A stretch of DNA of 64,000 bases from an uncultured Acidobacteriaceae bacterium. GTDB taxonomy: Bacteria; Acidobacteriota; Terriglobia; Terriglobales; Acidobacteriaceae. The position numbers and the translations under genes were made by a program. Below the pieces are notes generated by a model. The model made no database searches. It was not told the origin of the DNA and saw only the letters and a list, made by a program, of their open reading frames with translations. The stretch covers positions 43,201 to 107,200 of the forward strand of contig CAWKNF010000027.1 of the NCBI GenBank assembly GCA_963850805.1, read 5' to 3'. Of this stretch, positions 1 to 10,956 are shown in pieces. The stretch's first letter is position 1. Every line of letters starts with the position of its first letter.

Positions 1-198
1 CGTTACCGACGCGTAAGAAACCGCCGCGCCCTGCGGCGCTGGCGCCGCGGAAGCGACGCTTCCCTGCGCCGAATATTGCGGATCTGCATGCGCGGCAGGC
101 GGCGTGGCCGCAGCAGACTGGCTGAATGCTGCCCCGGTCCACAACACGAAAGACAGCCCAAAGGAAAGAGAATAAGAGAGGATGAGTTTGAGGTTCAT
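1..198 (-). CDS. secreted protein, N-terminal fragment (gene runs off left edge)
   Basis: Minus-strand ATG at 196-198. Translation MNLKLILSYSLSFGLSFVLWTGAAFSQSAAATPPAAHADPQ... is signal-peptide-like and stays open to position 1. It is absent from the ORF track because there is no stop in the window. Confidence 0.4.
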   Translation of the reverse strand, partial: MNLKLILSYSLSFGLSFVLWTGAAFSQSAAATPPAAHADPQYSAQGSVASAAPAPQGAAVSYASVT

Positions 199-431
199 TG
201 TTTGTAATCTGTTTGAAGACGGCGGCGTGCAACAGAATATCGACAAGCCGAGGATACTACAAGCCGCGTTCTTTCGTGGGTTCTTTGAGATTCCGTGAAG
301 CCCCTTCATGAGTGCGACCGATGTTTCACTACTTGAGCAGTTTCGCTTGACAGTCGACGAGCAAGAGAGCAATATTTTGCCTGTATTAAACGCATTTAAT
401 AGGCCGGTTTCCGCGCGGCCAGGAGCAAGCC

Positions 432-2642
432 ATGGCGCCTCCCAGTTCTCGTCCTTCGATCCGCTTCCGACTCGTTCCAATTGTCGGCGCTTTACTCGCT
501 TTGCTTGCCTACACCCGGCCCGCTCGGGGGCAATCTGCGTACGTGCGCGTCAGCCAGGTCGGCTATGAATCCGGTGAGACGCCGTTTCGAGCGTACCTGA
601 TGTCCACGGTAGAGGAAGGCGGAGTAAGTTTCGCAGTGGTCAACTCGAAAGGTGCCACCTCCTATTCTGGCCATGTCGGCGCCTTGCTGGGCACGTGGAG
701 CCACAGTCCAAAAGCAAGTTATGACATTTACGCTCTCGATTTCACGGTTCCGGGAGGCGAGACCTACGCCATTTCGGTGTCCGGACCGGCGCACGCAACT
801 TCCCCGTCTTTCGCGGTAGACGCGCCGGAAACGCTCTATTCCGGTTTGCTCCTGAACACTCTGTTCTTCTATGAAACGGAGCGTGATGGGCCGAACTTTA
901 TCCGCAACGCGCTGCGCCCGGAACCCGGACACCTCAAAGACAAGAATGCGCGCGTTTACGAAACGCCTCCGCTCGACGGCAACGACTTTATCGTTGACGT
1001 GCCGCCAATCTCGCCATTGGTACCGGCGAAGCTCCCGAATATCGACGCCACTGGCGGCTGGTGGGACGCTGGCGACTATGTGAAATACGTCGAAACGCTC
1101 AGCTATACGACCGCGCTGATGGAGATCGGAATTCGCGACTTTCCGAATCAGATGGGCGCAGGCGCTCCAATGCATCCTCCGGCGCCGCCAGCCTCTGTTT
1201 CCTTTGCCGGCAGGAGCGGATCGGGAGCGCTCGCGTCCTCCGACTTCACTGGCGAAGCGAGGTTTGGGATCGACTGGCTGATGAAGATGTGGAATGACAA
1301 AACGCAAACCTTGTACTACCAGGTGGATAACACTCAGGACTGGGATTATTACGGTGAGGGCGATCCCAGTTCAGCGACCGGCAACTGTGGCGGAACCTAT
1401 GCGACGCCTTACTGTTTGATCACCGAGTACGACATCTGGACCCTTCCCCAGGCTGCCGACAACTTCGAGCAAGCCGGAGATCCCGAGCCTTGCGACCCGT
1501 ACACCACGTTCTTCATCTGCTATCGCGCGGTGTTCGTTGCCGGCCCCGCGGGTTCGCCCATCAGCCCGAATCTGGGCGGCCGTCTGGCAGCGGACTTTGC
1601 GCTGTGCTACCAGCTCAACCGGGCTGCGGATCCTTCTCTGGCAAATCAGTGCCTGAAGAATGCCGAGGACATTTTTTCGCTCGCGGACACCTCATATCCA
1701 GACCCGGCGCCTACAGCAGGTTCGGGCACGTGCGCCAACTGCCTGCTGACCATTACTCCATTTGACGGCTATCCCGAAAACGTGTGGGAAGACGATATGG
1801 AACTGGGCGCAACCGAACTGTACTTTGCACTGCAATCGGCTGGAGGAACCGAGAACCTGCCGGCCGGGCTGCTGCACACCAATCCCATGGACTATCTACG
1901 ACAGGCGGCGCAGTATGCCAGGAATTACGTCACTAACATCTACGACACAGGGAACACAGACACGCTGAATCTGTACGACGTAAGCGGCCTGGCGCACTTC
2001 GAACTGTATCGGGCGTTGGAAATGGCGGGAAATCCGGGCGGCTTGCCAGTCTCGCAATCGAGCATTCGCAATCAACTGTTGCGGCAGGTGAATGACGCGA
2101 TCACCAAGGCGGGCAACGACTCCTGGGGATTCGGTTACCCGTGGAGTTACGGCGACACCACCTCGCACGGCGCCGGTTTGTCGGTGATGGCCAGCGAAGC
2201 GTATTCCCTCACTCAGTCCAAGAATTACGAAATTTACTCGCAAAGATGGCTGGCCAACATTCTCGGGGCGAATTCCTGGGGCTCGTCGTTTATTGTGGGC
2301 GACGGGAGCACGTTTCCAAATTGCATCCAGCACCAGGTGGCCAACCTGGCGGGCGCGCTGAATGGGACCTCCGGGGGTATTCCAGTGCTTTGGGGCGCGG
2401 CTACTGAAGGTCCAGCCGGCTCTGCCACTTCAGGCGTAGTCGATGGCATGATTTTGTGTCCGGCAAACGGGTTGGACACGTTCGGCAAGTTCAACGGAAA
2501 CAACGGCGCTTTTAACGCCTCCCAGGTAGCGGTGTATCGGGACAACATGCAGTCCTTCAGCACCACCGAACCGGCGATCGACCTCACAGCGACATCGTTT
2601 CTCATGTGGTCCTGGAGAATGGCGCAGCAACCCAGCTTCTGA
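432..2642 (+). CDS. glycoside hydrolase family 9 (endoglucanase-like), secreted
   Basis: 736-aa ORF with an N-terminal signal-like segment (IVGALLALLAYTRPARG) and the GH9 signature GGWWDAGDYVKYV. Confidence 0.85.
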   Translation: MAPPSSRPSIRFRLVPIVGALLALLAYTRPARGQSAYVRVSQVGYESGETPFRAYLMSTVEEGGVSFAVVNSKGATSYSGHVGALLGTWSHSPKASYDIYALDFTVPGGETYAISVSGPAHATSPSFAVDAPETLYSGLLLNTLFFYETERDGPNFIRNALRPEPGHLKDKNARVYETPPLDGNDFIVDVPPISPLVPAKLPNIDATGGWWDAGDYVKYVETLSYTTALMEIGIRDFPNQMGAGAPMHPPAPPASVSFAGRSGSGALASSDFTGEARFGIDWLMKMWNDKTQTLYYQVDNTQDWDYYGEGDPSSATGNCGGTYATPYCLITEYDIWTLPQAADNFEQAGDPEPCDPYTTFFICYRAVFVAGPAGSPISPNLGGRLAADFALCYQLNRAADPSLANQCLKNAEDIFSLADTSYPDPAPTAGSGTCANCLLTITPFDGYPENVWEDDMELGATELYFALQSAGGTENLPAGLLHTNPMDYLRQAAQYARNYVTNIYDTGNTDTLNLYDVSGLAHFELYRALEMAGNPGGLPVSQSSIRNQLLRQVNDAITKAGNDSWGFGYPWSYGDTTSHGAGLSVMASEAYSLTQSKNYEIYSQRWLANILGANSWGSSFIVGDGSTFPNCIQHQVANLAGALNGTSGGIPVLWGAATEGPAGSATSGVVDGMILCPANGLDTFGKFNGNNGAFNASQVAVYRDNMQSFSTTEPAIDLTATSFLMWSWRMAQQPSF

Positions 2643-2672
2643 CACAGATCGAAGTATCAAGATGCCAGGATT

Positions 2673-4100
<1,428 letters not shown>

Positions 4101-4325
4101 GCGGCGAAGATCATGCGCTACAGCAGCTAACGTAATGCGGCGCCTTTGCCATGCCGCAACTGTCTTCTGGACGACATTCATGTAGCTATCCATAGCTTGT
4201 TTCACCTGCCTGCCGAGTCGAAGGCTCGAATAACTTCCGGTTGGCCGACAAACCAATACCGATCAGGATCAACTCTTAATTGGGTAGTTTGCTCAGAGAC
4301 AGGGTGGTACCGGTGTCCTTGACAC

Positions 4326-4988
4326 TTAGTTTGCGGGCCCAGCAAACAGTAGCAGATTGCCATCCGGATCCTTGACGACGAAATTCCTGGCGCCCCAAGG
4401 CTGCTTTTTCAGCATCTGGTGAAAGGCAACACCAGCGGACTGAAACTCAAGAAACAGCAGCTTGATCTCGTCCGCTGTAGCGACGGTCATAGACACCGAC
4501 AACAGTTCCTCCCGATCGCGAACCGTCGACTCGATTACTGATCGCTCGACGCATCTTAGATTGAGACGCGCCGCGTCGCGGCTCACCTGGGCATAGTAGG
4601 GAGGTTTGCCGTAACTGAATACCAGCGAAAAGCCTAACTTCTCACGGAAAAAGTCGCATGACCTCTTGATATCGGCGACGAACAGTTGCGGCTCTGCACC
4701 GACAATCGTTGCTTTGGATGGCGTTGATTTGGATGACGATGATTTCACCTTGCGCGACATGGTCGAAAGTCCGGTTTTCAGGGCCTGCCAACTATCGAAG
4801 CCTTGCTGTCTTGCGACCATTTCTTGCGCATCGCTGAGCTTAAAGCTTGCTGCAAGAATCTCGGAGTCGGGCATATTCAGGAAACGAGGCAAATGCCCGC
4901 GGATTTGTACGGCGACGGGATAGTGCCGTTCGCGATGCCACCGCAATATGAGCTTGGCTTGCTTTTTGAGGTTTTCTAGATTGGGCAT
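4326..4988 (-). CDS. glyoxalase/bleomycin-resistance (VOC) family protein with N-terminal helical domain
   Basis: C-terminal VOC-like sequence FVADIKRSCDFFREKLGF...PWGARNFVVKDPDGNLLLF. Start placed at ATG 4986-4988, preceded by GGAGG. The longer ORF to 5021 is possible. Confidence 0.7.
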   Translation of the reverse strand: MPNLENLKKQAKLILRWHRERHYPVAVQIRGHLPRFLNMPDSEILAASFKLSDAQEMVARQQGFDSWQALKTGLSTMSRKVKSSSSKSTPSKATIVGAEPQLFVADIKRSCDFFREKLGFSLVFSYGKPPYYAQVSRDAARLNLRCVERSVIESTVRDREELLSVSMTVATADEIKLLFLEFQSAGVAFHQMLKKQPWGARNFVVKDPDGNLLLFAGPAN

Positions 4989-5257
4989 GTAGACCTCCAC
5001 GATGAGATCGTAGGTGGGCATTGCCCTTCGGCGACGTGCCGTTGCATCCTACATGCGCAAATTGCAGTATCTGCGACCGTGTCAGCGGTTGTCAATTGAG
5101 AAACGACGCTGCGCCACACGTTGTTGGGCCGTACGGACGCATTTTGTCGGATCACCGGCAAACCGGATGTAAGCGGCGCACGACACACGTTCCGCTCAAA
5201 CTAGAAATCGACGATAATATCTATTAACAGCCAAATACCCGCGCATCAAAGAGAAGT

Positions 5258-6310
5258 ATGCCCCGAGCAAACACAACATCGCCATCCCGTCGCGCGTTCC
5301 TCTTTACCGCCATCACTCTGGCAGTGCTCGGTCTCGCACTCCACGCCCCGGCGCAGGACCTCGCCAAGCGTCTGATCCTTAAAGACGGCTCCTATCAACT
5401 GGTCACCCGCTACGAGGTGAAAGGCGACCGCGTCCGCTACCAGAGCGCCGAGCGCAACGAGTGGGAGGAACTTCCCGCTTCGCTGGTGGATTGGCCGGCC
5501 ACCGAAAAATACGAGAAAGACCGTGCTACCTCCGCCATTCCCGAGGCCGCCGCTCTGGACAAAGAGAAAGACAAGGAAAGAGAAGCCGAATCGTCCCATC
5601 TTCCGCAAGTCGCTCCCGGACTGCGCCTCCCGGAAGATTCCGGCGTCTTCCTTCTGGATAATTTTCAAGGCCAGCCGCAAGTCGTCGAAATGCAACAAAC
5701 CGAGGGCGACATTAACCGCAACACCCGGGGCAACATTCTTCGCGGACCCCTCAGCCCCATCGCCAGCAACAAACAGTCCGTGGAACTCGAAGGCGAACAC
5801 GCGGCCCTGCACGTCCACGTAGCCGTGCCTTCCATCTACATTAATGTCGACGAAGAAGACCGCAGGCTGCCCCCGAGCGGCGAAACCGCGTCTGCACAGA
5901 TGTCTCAGCCCAGTCTCGATGCTCCACGCGCCGAGCAGCAACACCCCCAGGAGCCGCAGAAACCCGAGCAACCCATTGTTCCTTTCAATCGCTTCCACAT
6001 CGTGCGCACAAAAGTAAAAAGCGGCAAGCGCGTCGTCAGTGATCTCAAGCGCAACGCCGCCGGCAAGGCCAGCCAGGATCAGGATTTCGTTAGCACCACC
6101 ATCGACCGAATCAGCGGCGGATGGCTCAAGCTAACTCCCACCCACGACCTCGAACCCGGCGAATACGCCCTGGTCGAAATCCAGGGCAACGAAGGCATGA
6201 ACCTCTACCTTTGGGACTTCAGCGTGAACCCCAACGGCCCTCCCAACGCCAACCCATGGAAGCCGGATGTGAAGCCAGCGGAATTGCAGAAGCTCAAGGA
6301 GAATCTGTAG
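5258..6310 (+). CDS. hypothetical secreted protein
   Basis: 350-aa ORF with a signal-like N-terminus (RRAFLFTAITLAVLGLALHAPAQD). Core-like codon bias. No recognisable catalytic motif. Confidence 0.6.
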   Translation: MPRANTTSPSRRAFLFTAITLAVLGLALHAPAQDLAKRLILKDGSYQLVTRYEVKGDRVRYQSAERNEWEELPASLVDWPATEKYEKDRATSAIPEAAALDKEKDKEREAESSHLPQVAPGLRLPEDSGVFLLDNFQGQPQVVEMQQTEGDINRNTRGNILRGPLSPIASNKQSVELEGEHAALHVHVAVPSIYINVDEEDRRLPPSGETASAQMSQPSLDAPRAEQQHPQEPQKPEQPIVPFNRFHIVRTKVKSGKRVVSDLKRNAAGKASQDQDFVSTTIDRISGGWLKLTPTHDLEPGEYALVEIQGNEGMNLYLWDFSVNPNGPPNANPWKPDVKPAELQKLKENL

Positions 6311-6328
6311 TCCTGTGAGCAAAAAATC

Positions 6329-6634
6329 ATGCCGATGAAAAACCCGCCGCACCCCGGACGCAGCATTCGAACCGCGTGCCTTGAACCCTTGGGCCTTTCC
6401 GTCACGGAGGGAGCGGAGGTCCTTGGCGTCACCCGGCAGACCTTCAACAACGTCCTCCACGGCAAGTCGGGGATCAGCCCCCAGATGGCGATCCGTCTCT
6501 CAAAGGCATTTGGCAGGACGCCGGAGACGTGGCTACGGATGCAGCTTGCCTATGATCTCGCGCAGGCTAGAAAAGAAGAGGGCAAAATCAAGGTCCGCCG
6601 CCAGCATGCGCCCCAGGAACTACACGCGCAGTGA
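6329..6634 (+). CDS. higA: HigA-family antitoxin / XRE-type HTH regulator
   Basis: HPGRSIRTACLEPLGLSVTEGAEVLGVTRQTFNNVLHGKSGISPQMAIRLSKAFGRTPETWLRMQLAYDL matches the HigA HTH pattern. No HigB-like ORF is adjacent. Confidence 0.8.
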   Translation: MPMKNPPHPGRSIRTACLEPLGLSVTEGAEVLGVTRQTFNNVLHGKSGISPQMAIRLSKAFGRTPETWLRMQLAYDLAQARKEEGKIKVRRQHAPQELHAQ

Positions 6635-6728
6635 GGAGTTTTGGAAAAAATGCTGGTGATCATCTTCCGGCCGGACGGCTGAGGGCTTCAAACCAGAAGC
6701 TAAGAGCTAGAAACTAGAAGCCGCTTTC

Positions 6729-7781
6729 CTACTTCATCAATCCCCGCTGCGCAATCCCAATATTGTCCCGGGTCGTGTTCTTCACCAGATACATCATCTC
6801 GTCGGCCTGCCGGATGATGTCGTGCGCGTCGCGCGCATCGTGCGGATAGGTCGCCAGCCCGATGGAAGCGCTCACATTCAAATTCATTCCTTCGTCGTGG
6901 CAGAAACCGGTGGCGCGTAGCGCTTCACGCAACCGCTTGGCCACCACCAGCGCCTGATCCTTGCCCGTCTGCGGCAGCAGGACCACGAACTCGTCGCCTC
7001 CGTAACGGAAGGCATAGTCAATCAACCGCAGTTGCGCTTTTACCAGGTTCCCAATTTCCGCCAGCAGCCTGCTGCCTACCAGGTGCCCGTGCGTATCGTT
7101 GACCACCTTGAAGCGGTCGAGGTCGATGAACAGCACGCTGAACTCGTAGCCGAAACGCGACGAGCGGTAAACCTCGGTCTCCAGCGTTTTGTACAAGTGC
7201 CGCGCGTTGTAGAGTCCGGTGCAGTCGTCAGTGATCGTCAGTTCCTGTATCTTTTCCACCCAGCGCGCGTTCTCGATGGCGATGGCCGCGTAGTCGCACA
7301 GCGCCCGCAGAAAGAAAACTTCCGCCTCGTGGAATTGCGCCATGTCCACATTCACCAGTTGGATCACGCCCAGCACTCGCAGCCGCGACCGCAGCGGCAC
7401 GCAAATCACCGAGCGCGTCTCCCACTGCGTAACCTCGTCGACCCGCTTGGCATACCGCGGATCATGTTCCACATCGGTCGAGATCACCTGTTCCCCATGC
7501 TTCGCCACCCACCCCGCAATGCCCTCGCCCATCTTCAACCGGACATTCTTCAGAGCCTCCGCCGCATCGCCCACCGCGATCGCAAAGTATAATTCATCCC
7601 GCTGCTCGTCCACCATCAGCAACGACCACGTGTCCGGACGAAAGTACTCCGCCATCTTCTCCATGATGGTCTGCAGAATGGAGTCAAGGTCCAGCGACGA
7701 CGTGAGCGCCTTGGCCACGTCGTGGAAGATGGTCAGTTCCTGGCTCTGGCGGGTCAATTGCGTGCCGGCGGCCTCGGACAT
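6729..7781 (-). CDS. GAF domain-containing diguanylate cyclase (GGDEF)
   Basis: RYGGDEFVVLL active-site motif with an upstream GAF-like region. Start set at ATG 7779-7781 (MSEAAG...). A GTG at 7847 is the alternative. Confidence 0.85.
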   Translation of the reverse strand: MSEAAGTQLTRQSQELTIFHDVAKALTSSLDLDSILQTIMEKMAEYFRPDTWSLLMVDEQRDELYFAIAVGDAAEALKNVRLKMGEGIAGWVAKHGEQVISTDVEHDPRYAKRVDEVTQWETRSVICVPLRSRLRVLGVIQLVNVDMAQFHEAEVFFLRALCDYAAIAIENARWVEKIQELTITDDCTGLYNARHLYKTLETEVYRSSRFGYEFSVLFIDLDRFKVVNDTHGHLVGSRLLAEIGNLVKAQLRLIDYAFRYGGDEFVVLLPQTGKDQALVVAKRLREALRATGFCHDEGMNLNVSASIGLATYPHDARDAHDIIRQADEMMYLVKNTTRDNIGIAQRGLMK

Positions 7782-7896
7782 ACCTGATTCCTTGATCTCA
7801 GCTGGACGGAGTGACAGTTCTAAAAAAGTATATGGCCGCACCTCCACCGGAGCAATGAACCTTGGTAACCAGAACCCCTAAAGCCAATGGCACGAA

Positions 7897-8421
7897 TCAA
7901 ATACAGCCGAGCCGAATTAACAGCTTGCGGCTGCGAGCCTTCATCGCAGGTGTACCTTTCCGAGTAGCCTCGTTCAGGATTTCCACCACTCTCGTTCGAA
8001 AACCCGGCTCCGCCTCAGCCAGGTCAGCCAGTCCCTGAAGAGCGAAGGTCTTCACAATCGAGCTGCGATCTTCGAGGTAACTGATCAACATAGACATCGC
8101 GGCCTGTTGTTCCCTCGCAGTCAGCACGAGCCGCGGAACCATGACCGCCAGATGCCAGCGCAACTCTTGCTCCTGCGCCTCGCTCATCAAGCCGAGCAGT
8201 TCCGTCTTGTACGGCTTGAGCAATTCCGGATGCTTCCGCGTGACTTTCTCGGCCGCATCCGCGGCCCGCATCCGCACCAGCGGATCTGCGGACCACAAAC
8301 CGGCAATCAGCGCAGGAAAAAGTTTGGCATCGTCGGCCACCATTGCGGCAACTCGGTCCGCCTGCCCGATCATGCGTCGATCCCCTCCGCCCAGGAGGGC
8401 AAGAATGTCTTTTCGCGGCAT
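7897..8421 (-). CDS. HEAT-repeat-like hypothetical protein
   Basis: 174-aa all-helical-looking ORF with repeating LxxL/AxxA periodicity. Core-like composition. Function unknown. Confidence 0.5.
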   Translation of the reverse strand: MPRKDILALLGGGDRRMIGQADRVAAMVADDAKLFPALIAGLWSADPLVRMRAADAAEKVTRKHPELLKPYKTELLGLMSEAQEQELRWHLAVMVPRLVLTAREQQAAMSMLISYLEDRSSIVKTFALQGLADLAEAEPGFRTRVVEILNEATRKGTPAMKARSRKLLIRLGCI

Positions 8422-8541
8422 GGAGAGGAGCCAGGGGCAAATGATAAACCGCTCCCGGCTGATTCTGGGAAATCCTCTCTTAGAACCACGGGATGCAGAT
8501 CTCAGGCGGGAGACTCAAACCGCACGGTACACTTGTCAATC

Positions 8542-9312
8542 ATGCGAACTATATCCCTATCCCTGCTCTGTTGGAGTTGCCTCCTGCTCTCGGCCGCTAC
8601 TCAGGCGCAAGTCGGATTCCAGGATGACTTCAAGAGCGGGAAGCTCGACACCACGAAATGGATGATAGCGACCTACAAATCGCCAGACTCCTCACCCGGC
8701 ATAAACCAGGGCACCTATGTGTCATCTGCGATTGACTTCACGCAAGGCATGCTGCGCATTACCGTCAAGCAGCATGCGACGGCCAGCGGTGTCGAATCGC
8801 TGGGTGGCGCCATCATTTCCAGGGAGCGTTTCGGCTTCGGCACCTACGACTTCGAGATGCGTATGAGCAGCCTCTCGCCCACCCCTCAGGGTGACGGCAC
8901 AGCTTCAACCGGCGCGGTATCGTCCGGTTTTATTTTCTACAACAAGTCGGAGAGCGAAATCGATTTGGAGTTCCTGGGAAACGAGAACGCCATGTGGGTA
9001 AGCACATGGCGCAACCCCGATCCTGATCTCGAGCCTACGCCGCTGCAGAGGGCCACCGATAAATTGGCCGATCCCGGCTTGGCGACTCAATTCCGACACT
9101 ATTCTCTCGTCTGGACCTCAGGAACAGTAGATGTCTACATCGACGGCACGAGAGTCGCTCACCAGACCGAACACGTGCCGCAAACTCCAGCACACATCAT
9201 TCTTCAGCATCGCGGTACCAACAGCAACAAATGGGGTGGCGTGGCTGCCGTCGGCGTGGAGCGCTATTTCTTTGTTCGCTCCGTAAAATTCACGCCCCCG
9301 GACGCCAAATAG
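8542..9312 (+). CDS. glycoside hydrolase family 16 (secreted)
   Basis: Catalytic ExDxxE-type motif ESEIDLEFLG. Signal peptide MRTISLSLLCWSCLLLSAATQAQ begins at ATG 8542. The upstream part of ORF 8107.. overlaps the opposite-strand gene and was discarded. Confidence 0.8.
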   Translation: MRTISLSLLCWSCLLLSAATQAQVGFQDDFKSGKLDTTKWMIATYKSPDSSPGINQGTYVSSAIDFTQGMLRITVKQHATASGVESLGGAIISRERFGFGTYDFEMRMSSLSPTPQGDGTASTGAVSSGFIFYNKSESEIDLEFLGNENAMWVSTWRNPDPDLEPTPLQRATDKLADPGLATQFRHYSLVWTSGTVDVYIDGTRVAHQTEHVPQTPAHIILQHRGTNSNKWGGVAAVGVERYFFVRSVKFTPPDAK

Positions 9313-9446
9313 CGCTACATCTTACAAATTCTCGACAGCGACCCGAAAGTTCCACCCCGTGGTAACCTCTATCTCCCCACCCGTCTGGCATCCGCCTCCG
9401 CCTTTCGCCTATGATGATTGCAAGCGGAACTTAACAGGAGCCGGCC

Positions 9447-10838
9447 TTGGGAGCCTTCGGAGAAAAACTTCGCAAGCAGCGCGAGCGGCGAGGCATCGAA
9501 CTCGAGGCCATCTCCAACACCACCAAAATCAGCACCCGCATGTTGCGTGCCCTCGAAGATGAAAACTTCGACCAGCTCCCCGGCGGCGTTTTCAATAAAG
9601 GCTTCGTCCGCGCCTACGCCCGCCAGATCGGGCTGAACGAAGAACAAGCGGTAGCCGAATATCTCGAAGCCTTGCGCGACAGCCAGCTCCAGCAACAGTC
9701 CATTACGCCGGACTTCCGCGCCCCGGCCGTGAAACCCACTCCGGTCGCCGCCGCGCCCGACCTTGGCAACCAGGCTCCTCCCGCCGACAAGATTCCCGAC
9801 CACGTTTCTCCCAGCGCCGGCCTTCCGGTCACCGACAGCAGCAAAGATGGCGTCGACCACAAAGTCGACAACCAAAACGATCACCAGGACAAGGAAAAGG
9901 ACAACAACAAAGATGAGCTTAGCTTAGAAAATCGCCGCAAACAGGCTCGTCGCATCGAAGATCGTCGCAATGAAGAACGTCGCCTCGAAGATCGTCGCCT
10001 CGAAGCCCGCCGCATCGAAGCCCGTCGCGATGAAGATCGTCACGATGAAGATCGTCACGATGAAGATCTGCAGAATGAAGATCTGCCCAAAGAAGATAGT
10101 CATCGTCAGAATCAGACTCAGACTCAGACTCAGAATAAAGACTTCCCCGCGTTGCCGGCGTCAACGCCCCAGGCCGCGGCAGCCAATCCTCCCGCCTCGC
10201 GCTTCCGCCAAAAATATCCAGCAGGAGACCCCGCGCCCGCCGATCAGTCTTCCGTGTCGGTCCCATGGGGCAGGCTAGCCCTGGCTTTACTGCTGGTAAC
10301 CTTGATCCTGGCCTTCTGGAATTTTCGCCGCAACCCCCAGCCCACGGCAGCATCGCCGGCCGGAGCCTCTTCCAATCAGTCTCCGGCTCCTGCGCCCGGC
10401 GCAGCGCCAACAGCAACCCAGCCCTCCGGTTCTGCCACGCCGCTAACCGGGTCAGCATCGCCCGCAGGACCTCCATCGGCAGGAACACCCTCATCAACCA
10501 TCTCCGCCACAACGACGCCACCCGCAAACTCTGCCCCGCCAACCCACACCGCAGCTCGCCCTGCAGTAAAACCGCCCGCAACTTTCACCCTGCTGATCCG
10601 CGCCGAGGAGAGCACATGGGTCTCCCTCACGGCTGACGGCGAACCCGTCGTCACTAACGAAACTCTGATCGCGCCCGCGCAGACCTCCGTCCGCGCCACC
10701 CGCGAGATCGTCGTGAAAACAGGAAACGCCGCCGGCATCAGCTTTCTGCTAAACGGCAAGTCCATCCCAGCTCAAGGCAACGAAGGCGAACCAAGAACCT
10801 ACGTCGTCGACGCCACCGGAGTTCACGTTGCGCAGTAA
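9447..10838 (+). CDS. RodZ-like HTH membrane protein with long low-complexity linker
   Basis: N-terminus FGEKLRKQRERRGIELEAISNTTKISTRMLRALEDENFDQLPGGVFNKGFVRAYA is RodZ/XRE-HTH-like. There is a central charged repeat and Pro/Ser/Thr-rich linkers with a TM segment (LALALLLVTLILAFW). The C-terminal part is DUF4115-like. TTG start. Confidence 0.75.
   Translation: MGAFGEKLRKQRERRGIELEAISNTTKISTRMLRALEDENFDQLPGGVFNKGFVRAYARQIGLNEEQAVAEYLEALRDSQLQQQSITPDFRAPAVKPTPVAAAPDLGNQAPPADKIPDHVSPSAGLPVTDSSKDGVDHKVDNQNDHQDKEKDNNKDELSLENRRKQARRIEDRRNEERRLEDRRLEARRIEARRDEDRHDEDRHDEDLQNEDLPKEDSHRQNQTQTQTQNKDFPALPASTPQAAAANPPASRFRQKYPAGDPAPADQSSVSVPWGRLALALLLVTLILAFWNFRRNPQPTAASPAGASSNQSPAPAPGAAPTATQPSGSATPLTGSASPAGPPSAGTPSSTISATTTPPANSAPPTHTAARPAVKPPATFTLLIRAEESTWVSLTADGEPVVTNETLIAPAQTSVRATREIVVKTGNAAGISFLLNGKSIPAQGNEGEPRTYVVDATGVHVAQ
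9948..10133 (+). repeat. in-frame tandem array: 10 x 15-nt units (9948-10097) plus CAGACT x3.5 (10113-10133)
   Basis: Units read directly: cgtcgcatcgaagat / cgtcgcaatgaagaa / cgtcgcctcgaagat ... ctgcccaaagaagat. They encode RRxED-type pentapeptides. These are followed by cagactcagactcagactcag (QTQTQTQ). Confidence 0.9.
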
Positions 10839-10956
10839 ATGTGCGTAACGCAACCTCACAGCAATCGCGCGACGCAGTGGGCTTGCCGCCCAATCTTAGC
10901 GATCCAGGTTCACTTGTTCACTGATCCTGAATTCTGCTTTAGTGAAACGGCGGCAT

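Noticed and set aside
492-1307. 271-aa minus-strand ORF (and several others) inside the GH9 gene
   Set aside because: It is antisense to a gene with an unmistakable GH9 signature. Its Arg-rich, low-complexity translation is typical of the shadow frame of a high-GC gene.
8107-8541. N-terminal 145-codon extension of the GH16 ORF
   Set aside because: It overlaps the opposite-strand gene 7897-8421 and has an Arg/Gln-rich nonsense-like sequence. A clean signal peptide begins at ATG 8542.
9948-10133. Possible CRISPR array (regular short repeats)
   Set aside because: The units are contiguous 15-mers with no spacers. They stay in frame inside a long ORF and encode a charged peptide repeat. No cas genes are present.
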